The notes below the pieces were generated by a model. It saw nothing but the letters and a program-made list of their open reading frames with translations. It was not told the DNA's origin and did not search any database. The position numbers and the translations under genes are program-made. 42,622 bases of DNA from a virus. Shown here piece after piece: positions 31,839 through 42,159 of this stretch. Each line of letters starts with the position of its first letter. Position 1 is the first letter of the stretch. Location of the stretch: the IMG/VR virus record IMGVR_UViG_3300045988_038218, positions 1 through 42,622 of that record; one strand, given 5' to 3'.

Positions 31839-32479
31839 ACGATAACAGTTTTTGCACGTTCGTAAATTGCCAATCGGTCGTCCAACCCATTGTATCCGCC
31901 GTTAACCCGTTTGGTTATCTGTTTGAAAACCTCGGTATCATTCGCCCCACCCAACCCGTCGGCAATAGCGTTTAACCCTGCGTTTTCCCACCACCACGCC
32001 GCCGATTGTGCGGCATACTCCGGGGTTGCCAACAATTCCGGTTCGTCCACAAAGTCCACGCCCAACGGCAATGCGTACATCTTTTGCGACGCCTCGTTGT
32101 AATTGGATTTTCCGGTTATCTGTATCAACCCACGCCCCCGGTATTTCCAACCGTCGCCGCTTTTTGTGTCGCCGTTCCCCAATCGGTTTGCATACACGAC
32201 GTTTGCGATTGCCTCCGGTTTCCGGGCGTATTGTTCCGCCTCGGCATCCGTCTTGAAATATTTACCGAAAACCGACCGTAACGCCTTTGCGCTGTAATTA
32301 AGGTTTTCGACAACGGCGGATAATTGCCCGCTTTCGTGTCCGATTTGCGCCAAAAACGCCCGTATCCGGTTCGGGTTATCAATATTATACCGTATCATTG
32401 CAAGCCGTAAGGGGCTTGCATATTTTGCCCGGTTTTCCTCCGTGCTGTTTGGGAAAATCTGCTTTAAAACATCTTTCAT
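31835..32479 (-). CDS. Endolysin, glycoside hydrolase family 19 (chitinase-like)
   Basis: RIRAFLAQIGHESG (catalytic Glu context), NLNYS, YRGRGLIQITGKSNY, GGYNGLDDR. ATGA overlap with the holin stop. Confidence 0.88.
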   Translation of the reverse strand: MKDVLKQIFPNSTEENRAKYASPLRLAMIRYNIDNPNRIRAFLAQIGHESGQLSAVVENLNYSAKALRSVFGKYFKTDAEAEQYARKPEAIANVVYANRLGNGDTKSGDGWKYRGRGLIQITGKSNYNEASQKMYALPLGVDFVDEPELLATPEYAAQSAAWWWENAGLNAIADGLGGANDTEVFKQITKRVNGGYNGLDDRLAIYERAKTVIV

Positions 32480-32934
32480 TTTTCGCCCTCCTTTTTTGTG
32501 TCCTCGACGTCCTCAATACAATTTTCAACATCGGAACGATTAAACAATTTAAAAATGTTCACTTTCTTTTTTATGCCTTTGTACTCAAAGTAATTGTTAA
32601 AACAACTTGAAATTTCGACCCCGTAAACAATTAAGAGAAACAACGCCGACAATATCGGGATACCCAATATTTCGCCGTATGCTTGACCGAATAACCCCGC
32701 CAAAGTTATCCAACAAACATAGTCAACCAATTTGTTTATTGCCCGCCTCCATTTTCGGGACGTTCGGATTGTTTCGCCACGCTTACGGGCGGCGGCTATG
32801 CCAAACCGACTATCCACAACAATAAGAACGATTGCCAAAAGCAAAAACGGGGTCAATTTGTTGTAAAACTCTAATAACGGGACGACCATTGCGACGGTCG
32901 CTCCGTTAATAATGTTGCGTTCCTGTAAAATCAT
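32476..32934 (-). CDS. Holin candidate (152 aa, three hydrophobic helices)
   Basis: Helices FLLLAIVLIVVDSRFGIAAA, YVCWITLAGLFGQAY and IPILSALFLLIVYGVEI. Located immediately upstream of, and coupled to, the endolysin. Confidence 0.6.
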   Translation of the reverse strand: MILQERNIINGATVAMVVPLLEFYNKLTPFLLLAIVLIVVDSRFGIAAARKRGETIRTSRKWRRAINKLVDYVCWITLAGLFGQAYGEILGIPILSALFLLIVYGVEISSCFNNYFEYKGIKKKVNIFKLFNRSDVENCIEDVEDTKKEGEK

Positions 32935-32976
32935 TGTCTGTTTTCTTCCACATTAATGTAAGGGATAAAAACCCCA

Positions 32977-35163
32977 CTATGTTAGAATACTATAAAGATT
33001 ATGGGCATACATCCTATGCCCGGCAGCCGTGGGATGCACCCCATCTTGTATCATTGCATCTTTATAGGCTTGAGGATCGGAAACATTTGGAAATCCTATT
33101 ACTGATGTATCAACAACACTAAATCCCGCCATTGTTGCAACTTCAAATATCGCGTTACGATATGCATTTAACGGTACAACATTTGCTTCATCTATGGTTC
33201 TACTATCATTTAAGGGAGTAATAAATATTATTTGTCTATCAGGAATAGTTTGTGTTAAATGTTTGCATACAACATCCAATCCTCCGTAAAATGTCGCATT
33301 TGTTGTATCTCCTAAACTTCCTAATGGTTGTTGTCTATAATAATCATTAATTCCCCCGGCAATAAATATAAATTCAAAATCAACATTAGAATCTATAATA
33401 TTGGTTATTTGAGTGGTAATACTTGTTACTGCGGGGGTATGTTCTATTTCTGTAAAACCAGAACCCGATATAGCATAATTGGTTGAATTTGAGAAACCAG
33501 CCAAGTTGGAAAATATCTTACGATAATTTTCAGTAATTTGCCCGAAAGGATTAGAAGCAACTCCAACGGTTACACTATCTCCGAAAAATGCCGCTTTTGC
33601 CCCTTCAAAATTATATTTTTTCTGCAAATTATGTCCATATTTTAAAACAGCATTCGATTGTATAGTACTTTTCTTATTAATCTCTTCAATTATTTTATTC
33701 ATCTGATAAAAGACGGCAAAATAACTTTTTAATTCCCATCCAGAAGCAGTAGTACAAGTTCTTACATAATATACATCATCCGGAATAAAATCTTGTAAAG
33801 ATGTCATATTGCTACCAGCTGATGTAGCAGGTATGGTAGAAATTAATTTTTTGTTTTTATCATATAAACATAAAAGAGCTGTTTGTACACCATTTGAATA
33901 TTGTCCCATTACTGCACCCTCATACTTTAATCCAGGCAATACAGGGATTAAATCCGTATATAGCCAATATGGCGTAGATACAATGGTTCCATCTGCTTTT
34001 ATATAACCATGATTAGCAAATGGAAAATTTTGGGCAACTTCATTAGAATTTACTATATCTGAATTACTTAAATATTTTATATTATTAGGTAAATAAATAA
34101 GTAATTCCCCCATAAGACAACGAGCAATAATAGTCCATGCGGGGATATTGGTTGGTAATGTTGCTTCTGTAAATACGTATGTGTATATATATTCTTTATT
34201 TTTTGGCAAATCATCCATTGATGTAAACGGAACAAAAGAATTTTTCTTTTTTGATAGTACCAAATAACTACCATGTTGTAACAGTGCATTAATAACTACA
34301 GGCGCATAATTTGTTCTATCTGCATAATATAAGAAAACTGTTGTACCATAAGTATCATCATAATTAGCACTTGTAGTTAAATGCAGTGAATCATAGCCTG
34401 TTCCAACTTGTCGTCTTACAAGAATATTATTTTTCCACATTGTATTTACTAAATACAATGGTGCACCTTCATTTCTGAGATAATTAAAAATACCTTTGAT
34501 TCTATAATCTAAATATAGATATACATCAGGGAACATGTTACTTATCGCAGTGCTAACAATACAATATTTTGCATTATCAGGAACTATCCCGTTTATTTTA
34601 TTATATCCCAATACTACTCCCGGAATTGAACTTATAAATACCTTATTTTCATCATAGAAAGCGATCAAACTTACATCTTCCTGTGAATAAACTTTAAGTT
34701 CATAATAAGTTCCAGCCATAACTGGTTCATAATAGGTTGTTTTCCAATATTCAGTATACGCAAAAGTTCCATCTGCTTTCACATATCGCCCTAGAACTGA
34801 AAACGGTATAAATGATTCTGTATTGTTCCTTAATAATGCCACTTCCTCTGACGTTGCTACTCCTAATACCGTTTTAGTCCAATTCCCTTTCTTATTCTGA
34901 AAAATAACAGTTGTATTATCACCTATAACTGCGCCGTTAAAATAAGTATATAATCCATTTTGTACGGCTAAATAGAAAACGTTTTGATCGGGGGTTCCAG
35001 GATTAGTATCAGGAGTTGCAATTCCGGCAAAAGTTGCATTTTCTCCTACTGTTGAAATAATAGTCAGGAGTGTATTTTGCAATAATAAACCGGTAATTTC
35101 TTGATTCCCGTTTTGTTTAATTACACTCGTAATAGATTTTTTCAAAGTTTCATAATTTCCCAT
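32977..35163 (-). CDS. Tail fibre / receptor-binding protein with duplicated beta-domain and C-terminal SGNH (GDSL) esterase domain
   Basis: ATG at 35163 (MGNYETL...). SGNH blocks are FFGDSVTVG, ISGSGF, FIAGGINDY and DGVHPTAAGH. Internal repeat: G(R/H)Y(V/I)KADGT...YD(E/K)NK..IS(S/T)IP appears twice. Low GC. Confidence 0.75.
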   Translation of the reverse strand: MGNYETLKKSITSVIKQNGNQEITGLLLQNTLLTIISTVGENATFAGIATPDTNPGTPDQNVFYLAVQNGLYTYFNGAVIGDNTTVIFQNKKGNWTKTVLGVATSEEVALLRNNTESFIPFSVLGRYVKADGTFAYTEYWKTTYYEPVMAGTYYELKVYSQEDVSLIAFYDENKVFISSIPGVVLGYNKINGIVPDNAKYCIVSTAISNMFPDVYLYLDYRIKGIFNYLRNEGAPLYLVNTMWKNNILVRRQVGTGYDSLHLTTSANYDDTYGTTVFLYYADRTNYAPVVINALLQHGSYLVLSKKKNSFVPFTSMDDLPKNKEYIYTYVFTEATLPTNIPAWTIIARCLMGELLIYLPNNIKYLSNSDIVNSNEVAQNFPFANHGYIKADGTIVSTPYWLYTDLIPVLPGLKYEGAVMGQYSNGVQTALLCLYDKNKKLISTIPATSAGSNMTSLQDFIPDDVYYVRTCTTASGWELKSYFAVFYQMNKIIEEINKKSTIQSNAVLKYGHNLQKKYNFEGAKAAFFGDSVTVGVASNPFGQITENYRKIFSNLAGFSNSTNYAISGSGFTEIEHTPAVTSITTQITNIIDSNVDFEFIFIAGGINDYYRQQPLGSLGDTTNATFYGGLDVVCKHLTQTIPDRQIIFITPLNDSRTIDEANVVPLNAYRNAIFEVATMAGFSVVDTSVIGFPNVSDPQAYKDAMIQDGVHPTAAGHRMYAHNLYSILT

Positions 35164-35177
35164 GACTGCCAATTTTA

Positions 35178-36047
35178 TTAATTATCAAAATCATTGTTAA
35201 AATCATTATTAAAATCTCCTAAATTGGATGGAACGATACCCCGTCCAATCTTTTTAATTACTGTATCGCATTCAAATTCTGCCTCGACAGATGCTAAATT
35301 ACCCTGTGTTTGCCATTTTACAGTAATCAAAAATGTATCGCAGTTATATGTTTGTCCGTTAGCAGTTATCCGGACATAATCCGCCATTCGAATAACTCGC
35401 ATTGCATCGCAAAGATATTCGGGCGCAAGGAATTGGAACTTATAACGTTTTTCACTCAATTGCTTTTCAGGGAAGAAAAAACCGTCTCTATCCTCTCCTT
35501 CTTCCTCAAAGATATATTCCGGTTTACCTATCTCGGCACAAAGATATAATATGTTTTTAAAGGGCGATGCATAATCAATTGCCCCGTCATCAAACGTTAT
35601 ATTATCAATATCCCACCACTCTATTTTCATATAGTTTTCAATACCATGAACAATAGTAAAAACGTCGGAAGTAAACCGATCCTTTCCATCGTGTAAACCT
35701 AAATAAAATTGCCCTTCTTCCATTTCATTAGGAAAGGGAAATATACCCGGATAACTTATCACATCATAACCCAAAGTTGAAAAGCGATTAAGCCGCAAAC
35801 CACCCTCTAATAATGTTTGAGTAACATTACGCACTTCACTTCCAATTAACCCATTTTTATTGACCCGTCGAATTACAGCAGTAGGATTCCATACTGATGA
35901 AGTTGGACGAATTATCTGGAATGGTAACAACCTATTGGAAGGAGAAAACAACGGATATATTTCTCCATATGCGTAAGACTTCCGAAAGTCCTGGTATTGT
36001 TCGCCTAAATAAAATGGCAATACTGATAAATTATTGTTCGGTGTCAT
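35178..36047 (-). CDS. Tail/baseplate protein, unknown function (289 aa)
   Basis: ATG at 36047; 17-nt overlap with the upstream gene; lies between the large distal-tail gene and the fibre gene; low GC. Confidence 0.55.
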   Translation of the reverse strand: MTPNNNLSVLPFYLGEQYQDFRKSYAYGEIYPLFSPSNRLLPFQIIRPTSSVWNPTAVIRRVNKNGLIGSEVRNVTQTLLEGGLRLNRFSTLGYDVISYPGIFPFPNEMEEGQFYLGLHDGKDRFTSDVFTIVHGIENYMKIEWWDIDNITFDDGAIDYASPFKNILYLCAEIGKPEYIFEEEGEDRDGFFFPEKQLSEKRYKFQFLAPEYLCDAMRVIRMADYVRITANGQTYNCDTFLITVKWQTQGNLASVEAEFECDTVIKKIGRGIVPSNLGDFNNDFNNDFDN

Positions 36048-38559
36048 ATTTCAAGGTTAATTTATTCATGCGACTACACAAATTTATACTTATTTTTTCA
36101 ATTTGCCCGTTGCCTAACTTAGTTTTTATAAGTTGCATCGGATCGGGGTCGTCTATACTTGGGTAATTCAACGTTTGTTTCTTTTTACGGTCTATCCCCA
36201 AAGCGCGTACTTGCGATCCATTTATTTCAACGTTGTAAGCAGGCAAATCGTAGATGTAAAAAGTTGGTTGCAGATATCTCATGGCTAATATACCGTTTTG
36301 TAGTACTAATTTACCTGCTCCAAAACTAAAATCCAGGAAAGGCAATTCGTATGTATTGCCGTTTTTAACCGCTGCAAAAAGCGCAAACCCATCGTCCGAT
36401 ACGCTTCCAGGATTCAAAATCATATAATCTATATCGGAAGTAAAATTGGAAATATTTATTGTCTCAATTTTCCCAGCCGTTACATATTTGCTTATAACCT
36501 CTATCGGGTTTCCTTCAAAAGGTTCCGTAACATCGTCCATCCATTCAAACTGGTATCGTTCTGGCATATCAACCTTATCAAACGACCAACTGTTTGTTGC
36601 AAAACTCCAATTTTTACCATTACGTATATTTTGCAATCTGGTTAAATCAGTGCCAATAGTGGGGGAATTATACGAACCTCCATTGCGAAAAAATTGAATA
36701 TGTTCAATTTTAAATTTATTATCCTCGATATACCAATAACAACGGAAACAGTCCCGCAACATATTTGTTATTTGTTGCAATGTTATTGGGGCTTTTTGTG
36801 CAGGTCTATCATAATCGCCCTTTGTGACATTAGTTTTCTGAGTTATTAATAATGTAAAATTATAATCCCCTATCGGTCTATTTGATCCATATAAAAAACG
36901 GCTGTATTCCTCGGTTCCTTCGTGCGTAATTCCTGGCGCAATTTTTTGCAGCAATACAGATATAACAGACGATATAGGATTTGCGTCTCTTAACGTATAA
37001 GGAGATCGCGCATCTTCTTCCAATAACCAATCAGCAAGATAAAACGCAAACCATATAGACGCATACCGCCACGTTGATCGGGCAATAGGATAGAATATAT
37101 CGCCGGATATACTGTAAGGCGGCATAAAATAGGTTCCATCGTCCCTAATACCCCATTGTGACGGCTCCGTGGAACTTTGATTTGATATATATGCTATATC
37201 TAGGGCGTATCTAACTACTCGATTATAATTTCGATTATCTTCTACAATATCATCGGTAGGTAATGGATACGTATCTACATTTAATACTTGTTCAACATCA
37301 CATAAATAACGCGCATATATAGAATATGTAGCCATTTCACAATGTGCGGAACCTGTTGCACCAGAACCGGAAACAGCAGGAGCATCAAAGTCTGCATTAT
37401 CCCACGGATTATTGCCGCCAATATTTGCTATATAACTATACATGACTTTATCGTTGGACGACTGGCGTATTTGAACGGTTACTGCACTAAAAAAAGGTGG
37501 TGTATAGACTTGGGAAACATAAATATAATAACCGTTAGAGACATTAGGACGCATTGTTCCCGTAAAAACATTATTGCTTATATTCATACGCCCGGAATAT
37601 AATCCGTTTACATTAGGATTAGTCGTGCCTGTAACGTTAATTTCTTTTAGCAAATTACACAATGCAAAATAATAGGTATTAAGAAGCGCATTGCGATCTG
37701 TAACTACATTTGCATCCTGTTCCCAATACATACCCGACAAAAAACAAGAAACGACACTATCGCCTGGAATATATATTTGAATTAATGGCCGTTTTTTATA
37801 ATTTAACTGAGTTATTTGCGGGGCCAACTCAATCAAATTATATTCCTTTTCTAACCCTGCCAACACATCGTTATATTGGTCGTAAACATCCGGCTGTACA
37901 GTAACTTTTTTATCGTCCTCATTCCACTCGCAATCCGTTTTCATAAACTTACCCGTGTAATATGGGAAAAACGATAACCCGCCGTCGTCGCTTTGCTCAA
38001 TCCTGAATATAAATTCCGTATCAAAGGATTTATCGTTTATAAAATCGTAATCATCTCGAACAAAATTAATTTTTCCGGATAGTTTAGCACGATAGAATTG
38101 TTGACTAGTTTCCAATTCTAATTCCTTTGCTAAATCGTCTTTATATATGGGGTTTACTCTACGATATCCTGCTTCATCTAAAACAATCTGTTTTAAATCA
38201 TCATCCGAAAAATATTGCCAACCCTCCGGTGGTGCAGATGATGAATTAGCCCAAAAATTTAAAGCGATAAAATTAGTCCCTTCCGGCGCAACACCTCGAC
38301 CATCCAACGAACTACCTAACACGCCTCCTGTGGTATCAGAAGTCAAAAATAACATTCTAATACCTGTTTGTTGTACCCCATCTTTATACACTATGTATTC
38401 ACCTACGGAAGCCGGCAATATAACACATTTATAACCATCGCCTACGGGGGGTGGGATATATATACCGCTCATCCCGTGATAAAATCCGGTCTTTATATAC
38501 TCATATATATAAACCTGTTCCCTACCTGCATTTATATAAAACCTGTATTTCGGATTCAT
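36031..38559 (-). CDS. Large distal tail / baseplate hub candidate (842 aa)
   Basis: ATG at 38559, 4 nt after the tape measure stop; called by size and position; low GC. Confidence 0.55.
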   Translation of the reverse strand: MNPKYRFYINAGREQVYIYEYIKTGFYHGMSGIYIPPPVGDGYKCVILPASVGEYIVYKDGVQQTGIRMLFLTSDTTGGVLGSSLDGRGVAPEGTNFIALNFWANSSSAPPEGWQYFSDDDLKQIVLDEAGYRRVNPIYKDDLAKELELETSQQFYRAKLSGKINFVRDDYDFINDKSFDTEFIFRIEQSDDGGLSFFPYYTGKFMKTDCEWNEDDKKVTVQPDVYDQYNDVLAGLEKEYNLIELAPQITQLNYKKRPLIQIYIPGDSVVSCFLSGMYWEQDANVVTDRNALLNTYYFALCNLLKEINVTGTTNPNVNGLYSGRMNISNNVFTGTMRPNVSNGYYIYVSQVYTPPFFSAVTVQIRQSSNDKVMYSYIANIGGNNPWDNADFDAPAVSGSGATGSAHCEMATYSIYARYLCDVEQVLNVDTYPLPTDDIVEDNRNYNRVVRYALDIAYISNQSSTEPSQWGIRDDGTYFMPPYSISGDIFYPIARSTWRYASIWFAFYLADWLLEEDARSPYTLRDANPISSVISVLLQKIAPGITHEGTEEYSRFLYGSNRPIGDYNFTLLITQKTNVTKGDYDRPAQKAPITLQQITNMLRDCFRCYWYIEDNKFKIEHIQFFRNGGSYNSPTIGTDLTRLQNIRNGKNWSFATNSWSFDKVDMPERYQFEWMDDVTEPFEGNPIEVISKYVTAGKIETINISNFTSDIDYMILNPGSVSDDGFALFAAVKNGNTYELPFLDFSFGAGKLVLQNGILAMRYLQPTFYIYDLPAYNVEINGSQVRALGIDRKKKQTLNYPSIDDPDPMQLIKTKLGNGQIEKISINLCSRMNKLTLKYDTEQ

Positions 38560-38563
38560 AACA

Positions 38564-41500
38564 CTAATTAATTACTCGTTTCAAATTCTTATAAATCATT
38601 ATCGTTTTACCATCGGCAGTGGTATAATACCGAACGGCATTTTGTTCCTTAATTGTGCGAACATCGTTTTGCAAATCTCGCATATCTGGGCTATCCTGCG
38701 ATACATTTATCGTAAAGTTATTGCCATCTTTATACGCGTTCATATACTTACGTTCAAATACCCCCTGGTTCAATGCGTTAACAACATCCGGTATAATACG
38801 ACGGTAACGGCGCGAATTACGCTTGTTGAACACGGCGAAAAATTCCCCGCCTTCGGCACGTCTTCGGGTTCCGTTCGGCTTGGTTCCCAAATCAACGTCG
38901 TTGCCAGATTGGTGCGAACCGCCGTTCAACAATTCAACCGTACCGTCTCCGTAAGTTTCCGCGTTTGCCGTTTTCGTCATTTGCGCGGCTTTGATTTTAG
39001 CAGCAGCAAAAGAACCCCACATTACCGCGATTGCCGGAATCGCTCCCCAGATACCTAACTGCGACCAAATTAATGCCGTGGCCGTCACAAGGTCACCAAT
39101 TTGCTGTATTGTTTGTATCGCCTGTTGTTGCTTTTGGGCTTTCTGTTGTTCTTTCAACGCCTTTTCTTGCGTTTTACGTGCCAAATCAAGATCCTTTTGC
39201 GCTTGTACAACACTCGACGCATATCCATTAGCGCGGGCCGTTAATTCGGCATCCAATGCCCGTTGTGCGCTATCAACTTCTTTGTCAGCAGCGGACACGG
39301 CAGCATTGGCCGCAGCTAATTTGGCTTCCGTAAATGTATTAAGGGCATCCATTGCATAAGACAAGGATTCATTTATTGCGTCCTTTTGATCGTTAGTCAA
39401 ATTTAAACCAAATAATCCGTATATATCTTTTCCTCGTTCATCTCGCTTGCTTTGCTGTATTTCTTGGTCGATTTTGGCAATAGTGTTTTGGATAGTTTGT
39501 ACTTGCTCGTTGGTCATTTTAATACCCGCTGCTTTGTTCAATTCTAAAATCTTTTGCAAACGTGCTTTTTCTGCTGCCAACGTAAATTGCGTTTTGCGGG
39601 CCTCGGAATTACGCAACAAATCAAACTCCGACGCATCCAACGCCTGTTGTTGGTCGAATATCATTAACGCCCGTTGTTGGCTTAACTCGGTTGTTTGTTT
39701 CAATATCTCGGCATCCCATTTGGCATTTATATCCGCCTCAGATTGGCGAACGTCGGCGGCTAACTGTCTGTTTTGCGCCAACTCCAACGCCCGTTGTTTC
39801 TGCAACAATTCGGTACGCAATGCGATTTCCTCGGCGGAACCCTCCCGGACGGCATCCAAACGCAATTGTATTGCGTTTGCCTCCTTGTTGAGTTGGTCGA
39901 TATTGATTTGGTCGTTGAGTTTTGCCACGTCATTTGCGTACTGTTGACGTATTGCTAACATCTGTTTGTTCATTTCAACAGTTTGTTCCTCGGTCAATCC
40001 TCGTTCCGTTTCTAACCGGGTTTGTATGTCCTCAATTTGACGTTCATACTGTACCCGCAATTGTTCCTGTTGCTTGGTCGAACCCTCAACCATTGCCGCA
40101 ATTTCGGCGTCCTGTGTAGCACGCCGGGCGGAAAGGATTTGCGCCCGTTCTTGGTTTTCCAAATCGACTAAATCGTTTGTCAGTTGTTGACGCAATGCAA
40201 CGATTGTGGCGTTGATTGCCGCCCGACCCCGTGCGGTCAAATTGGCATCCGTTTTCAATTGGTATTGCAAATCCGCAATTTGCCGGGCGTTGGCGGCTTG
40301 CGTCGTTGCCCGTTGACGGTCGTAACTGTTTTGGATAAGGGCGTTTTTTGCGTCCTCGGCTTTGCGCAACAAATCCAACTCGGTTTTATATGCGTCCTTT
40401 TGTTCTTGTTGACGCTTGGCGGCGGTTACGGCGTCGGCTGTATCCAAATCCGATTTCTCGGTTGTAAGGTTCACAGCAATATCAACCATGCGCCCGTAAT
40501 TGTCTATTTTCGCCTGTGCAATGTTAATTGCGTCGTCAACTTTATACGTTTCAATATTGCCGTCCAACTCGACGTCCCAAACGATTTTTTTGTTTCCCTG
40601 CGCTTTTAACTCATTCAGTTTAATAAGCGATTTGCGGTATTGCTCCAATTTCGCCCGGTTGTCGTCCAACTCTTTTATCTCGGTCGCATAAAATCCCCGT
40701 TGCTCGGCATTTGCTCGGCGACGTTCCGCCGCCAATTTGTCCTCAATCTTTCGTATCTCGGTCGTCCCGGCGTTACGGGCTTGCGCAATCTGCAATTCAC
40801 GCTCCAACGCCCGGATACGCTCGTTTGATACCGTTGTTAATTTCCCGGCTTCTAAATCTAAATAATCCAAATGCGCCTTTTGCAATTCATTGAGGCGGTT
40901 TTGTTGTTCGGCGGCTTGTTTCGTCCCGGACGAGAAAGCAACCAACGCACCGATAACCGTAATAAGAGCAACCGCCAACAAAACGTATGGATTGGCGGAC
41001 GCAATAAGATTGAACGCCTTTTGCGCCACGGTTGCCGCCAACGTCGCCTTTGTTCCCTGCATGGTAACAAGTCGGTCGTAAACTTTTGCTTTTGTTAATG
41101 CGGCTTGTTGTATCCGGGAAATACCCAACATAAGGGCGGATTGCTTTTGCACGGCGTTTTGTATCGCCTGTACGCCCGTTGTTAGGGCAATGGCGGCTTG
41201 CAATTTCTTTTGTGCCTCCTCGACCGCTTCACTTTCCCCGCCGAACAATTCCAACGCTCCGGTATATGCGGCGAACCCACCGGACGCCCCCGCCGCCAAT
41301 CCTAACACACTATCCAACGTTGACGTATCGGACGCCATGTTGGTAATTTCCTTTGTCGCATCTTTAACAGCATCACGCAATACGGCGGTTTCCTTTGCCA
41401 AATTTTGATATTCGGCGGTTCCCTGCTTACCCTCCAACCTCAACAATGCTAATTGCTTTGTTTGGTTCTCTATCTGTGTCGTCAATCCTTTTGCGGCGTC

Positions 41501-42046
41501 GGAATAATTACCCACATTTAACGACGTTTTCCCGGTCGCCTCCTGCAACCGTTTCATTTCATCGTAAATCGCTTTTGTTTCTGCAACCAACTTGCGCCCC
41601 TCCTCGGTCGCCTCCCTTTCCTCAACGGTCATGTTGTTAAGGTAAATTTTGTTGATTGAGTATTGCGCCGATAACCTATTATATGAACCCTCGGCGGCTT
41701 GGTTACGGCGGACGATAAGTTTGTTTAATTCGTTCGCCTCTTTGCGGGCTTGGTTTAATGTCGCCAACGTTTTTGCGTTCTCGCTTTCCGCAAAACGTAC
41801 CTCCCTTGCGGCTTTCGCCAATTTGTCGGCGTCGGACGTTGCCCCCTGTATGGACTTACGCCCGCTTTCGGTCGCCCCGCTTACTCCCTGCAATGCCGCC
41901 TTAACGGTTATTGCCTCCGATTTGATATTGTTCAACGTATTCATATATGCGTCGCTCAATTGGTCTAATTGGGCGATTAGCTTTGAAATACTATCGTCCG
42001 GCTTTACCAAATCGGAATATTTGATTGGGTTGTTATTGTCTGCCAT
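38564..42046 (-). CDS. Tape measure protein (1160 aa)
   Basis: Very long Ala/Gln/Lys/Glu-rich coiled-coil with two hydrophobic segments (PYVLLAVALITVIGALVAF; TALIWSQLGIWGAIPAIAVMWGSF). Largest gene; upstream of the baseplate genes. Confidence 0.85.
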   Translation of the reverse strand: MADNNNPIKYSDLVKPDDSISKLIAQLDQLSDAYMNTLNNIKSEAITVKAALQGVSGATESGRKSIQGATSDADKLAKAAREVRFAESENAKTLATLNQARKEANELNKLIVRRNQAAEGSYNRLSAQYSINKIYLNNMTVEEREATEEGRKLVAETKAIYDEMKRLQEATGKTSLNVGNYSDAAKGLTTQIENQTKQLALLRLEGKQGTAEYQNLAKETAVLRDAVKDATKEITNMASDTSTLDSVLGLAAGASGGFAAYTGALELFGGESEAVEEAQKKLQAAIALTTGVQAIQNAVQKQSALMLGISRIQQAALTKAKVYDRLVTMQGTKATLAATVAQKAFNLIASANPYVLLAVALITVIGALVAFSSGTKQAAEQQNRLNELQKAHLDYLDLEAGKLTTVSNERIRALERELQIAQARNAGTTEIRKIEDKLAAERRRANAEQRGFYATEIKELDDNRAKLEQYRKSLIKLNELKAQGNKKIVWDVELDGNIETYKVDDAINIAQAKIDNYGRMVDIAVNLTTEKSDLDTADAVTAAKRQQEQKDAYKTELDLLRKAEDAKNALIQNSYDRQRATTQAANARQIADLQYQLKTDANLTARGRAAINATIVALRQQLTNDLVDLENQERAQILSARRATQDAEIAAMVEGSTKQQEQLRVQYERQIEDIQTRLETERGLTEEQTVEMNKQMLAIRQQYANDVAKLNDQINIDQLNKEANAIQLRLDAVREGSAEEIALRTELLQKQRALELAQNRQLAADVRQSEADINAKWDAEILKQTTELSQQRALMIFDQQQALDASEFDLLRNSEARKTQFTLAAEKARLQKILELNKAAGIKMTNEQVQTIQNTIAKIDQEIQQSKRDERGKDIYGLFGLNLTNDQKDAINESLSYAMDALNTFTEAKLAAANAAVSAADKEVDSAQRALDAELTARANGYASSVVQAQKDLDLARKTQEKALKEQQKAQKQQQAIQTIQQIGDLVTATALIWSQLGIWGAIPAIAVMWGSFAAAKIKAAQMTKTANAETYGDGTVELLNGGSHQSGNDVDLGTKPNGTRRRAEGGEFFAVFNKRNSRRYRRIIPDVVNALNQGVFERKYMNAYKDGNNFTINVSQDSPDMRDLQNDVRTIKEQNAVRYYTTADGKTIMIYKNLKRVIN

Positions 42047-42159
42047 AACACTTAATGTATTTCTTTGTTATTTACGAGCAATTTGCCCATATTTCAATTT
42101 CAATTCATCGGCAATACATATTGTCCACCTGAGTATGACAATAACGCATTAAGCCTATT

